Below are positions 63,197 through 64,000 of a stretch of 64,000 bases of DNA, one piece after another. Position numbers and translations under genes: made by a program. The stretch comes from Verrucomicrobiota bacterium. GTDB taxonomy: Bacteria > Verrucomicrobiota > Verrucomicrobiia > Opitutales > Coraliomargaritaceae. Positions within the stretch are counted from its first letter, which is position 1. Every line of letters starts with the position of its first letter. Location of the stretch: positions 67,873-131,872 of the forward strand of contig JBCBZJ010000006.1 in NCBI GenBank assembly GCA_039815375.1, read 5' to 3'. Below the pieces are notes generated by a model. The model had not been told where the DNA came from and did no database searches. It worked only from the letters and a program-made list of their open reading frames with translations.

Positions 63197-64000
63197 ATGC
63201 CCGAGATTCTTGTCATATGTCCGGCGATTATATTCTTAGCCGGTATGCTGGCTCCCATAGCCAGGGGATTCCTGGGCGATCGCGCAGGTTATTTCTTGGC
63301 CTTTGCACCTTTTTTGGCCTCCGGGCTGATTCTTTCGCAGGCAGGTTTGGTCAATAATGGCGAAGGCCTTAGCTACACCGTAAATTGGTTCGGTGTGTTA
63401 GGTGCTTCTTTTGATATGAGGTTGGACGGCTTGTCTTTCCTCATGGCGATCCTAATTACAGGAATTGGCGGATTCATCATTCTATACGCCCAGGGCTATA
63501 TGCATGGGCACCCGCAGCTTGGACGGTTTTTCCTCTATCTGCTCTCTTTTATGGGGGCAATGTTGGGACTCGTTCTTTCGGATAACCTGATCCTTCTATT
63601 CGTTTTTTGGGAGCTTACCAGCATCACTTCCTATCTGCTTATCGGATTCAAGCACGAGTATCGGGAATCCCGTTGGAAAGCACTTCAAGCACTTCTGGTC
63701 ACTGGATTAGGAGCGATGGGCATGATGGCCGGATTTGTCTTGTTGGCTCATGTGAGCGGCACCTGGAAAATCAGTGAGATCAACAACCTGAGTGATTTGG
63801 TGCAATCCAGCCCACTTTATACCGGTATTGTCATCCTTATTCTAATCGGGGCTTTTACCAAGAGTGCGCAGGTGCCATTCCATTTCTGGTTGCCGAATGC
63901 CATGGCTGGCCCCACGCCGGTAAGCGCCTTTCTTCATTCTGCTACCATGGTTAAGGCAGGGGTCTTTCTGATGGCTCGGCTTAATCCTTCGCTTAGTGGG
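63197..64000 (+). CDS. mrpA: Mrp/Mnh Na+/H+ antiporter subunit A (3'-truncated by window; absent from ORF track)
   Basis: Translated by hand: RLDGLS, FVFWELTSITSYLLIGF, FTKSAQVPFHFWLPNAMAGPTPVSAFLHSATMVKAG. Confidence 0.92.
   Translation, partial: MPEILVICPAIIFLAGMLAPIARGFLGDRAGYFLAFAPFLASGLILSQAGLVNNGEGLSYTVNWFGVLGASFDMRLDGLSFLMAILITGIGGFIILYAQGYMHGHPQLGRFFLYLLSFMGAMLGLVLSDNLILLFVFWELTSITSYLLIGFKHEYRESRWKALQALLVTGLGAMGMMAGFVLLAHVSGTWKISEINNLSDLVQSSPLYTGIVILILIGAFTKSAQVPFHFWLPNAMAGPTPVSAFLHSATMVKAGVFLMARLNPSLSG

Overview
64-kb chromosomal window, most likely from a Verrucomicrobiota (Opitutales/Coraliomargarita-like) bacterium. This is inferred from PEP-CTERM proteins plus exosortase, a TIGR02597-like protein, a long PVC-type GreA and a Planctomycete/Verrucomicrobia-type microcompartment locus. 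The first ~4.5 kb is an AT-richer accessory island: the 3' end of an Rhs gene with an unrecognised C-terminal domain, a putative Zn-ribbon immunity gene, two surface-protein genes, and an integron-type gene cassette (own attC plus matching core site, no integrase in the window) carrying a solo PD-(D/E)xK/HsdR_N nuclease. The rest is mostly core genome: purH, hemW, rpoN, greA, uvrA, phoH-ybeY, glgA, GSII, a Tro-type Mn/Zn/Fe ABC system, gdh, lpxI, leuS and partial mrpA. It also holds a complete deoxyhexose-catabolic BMC locus (41-52 kb). Strongest leads: (1) the BMC locus has no alcohol dehydrogenase but is bracketed by a genuine NAD-malate dehydrogenase and a co-operonic malate:quinone oxidoreductase, suggesting a malate/oxaloacetate redox shuttle to respiration; (2) the solo integron cassette with a candidate defence nuclease; (3) a minimal kinase plus PP2C pair divergent from a sigma54-driven GSII; (4) a permease-DtxR fusion with a perfect 18-bp operator; (5) mirror-image ECF promoters linking an ECF/anti-sigma pair to a spondin-PEP-CTERM gene. 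No tRNA, rRNA or CRISPR array was seen. All calls come from reading motifs by eye; no searches were run.
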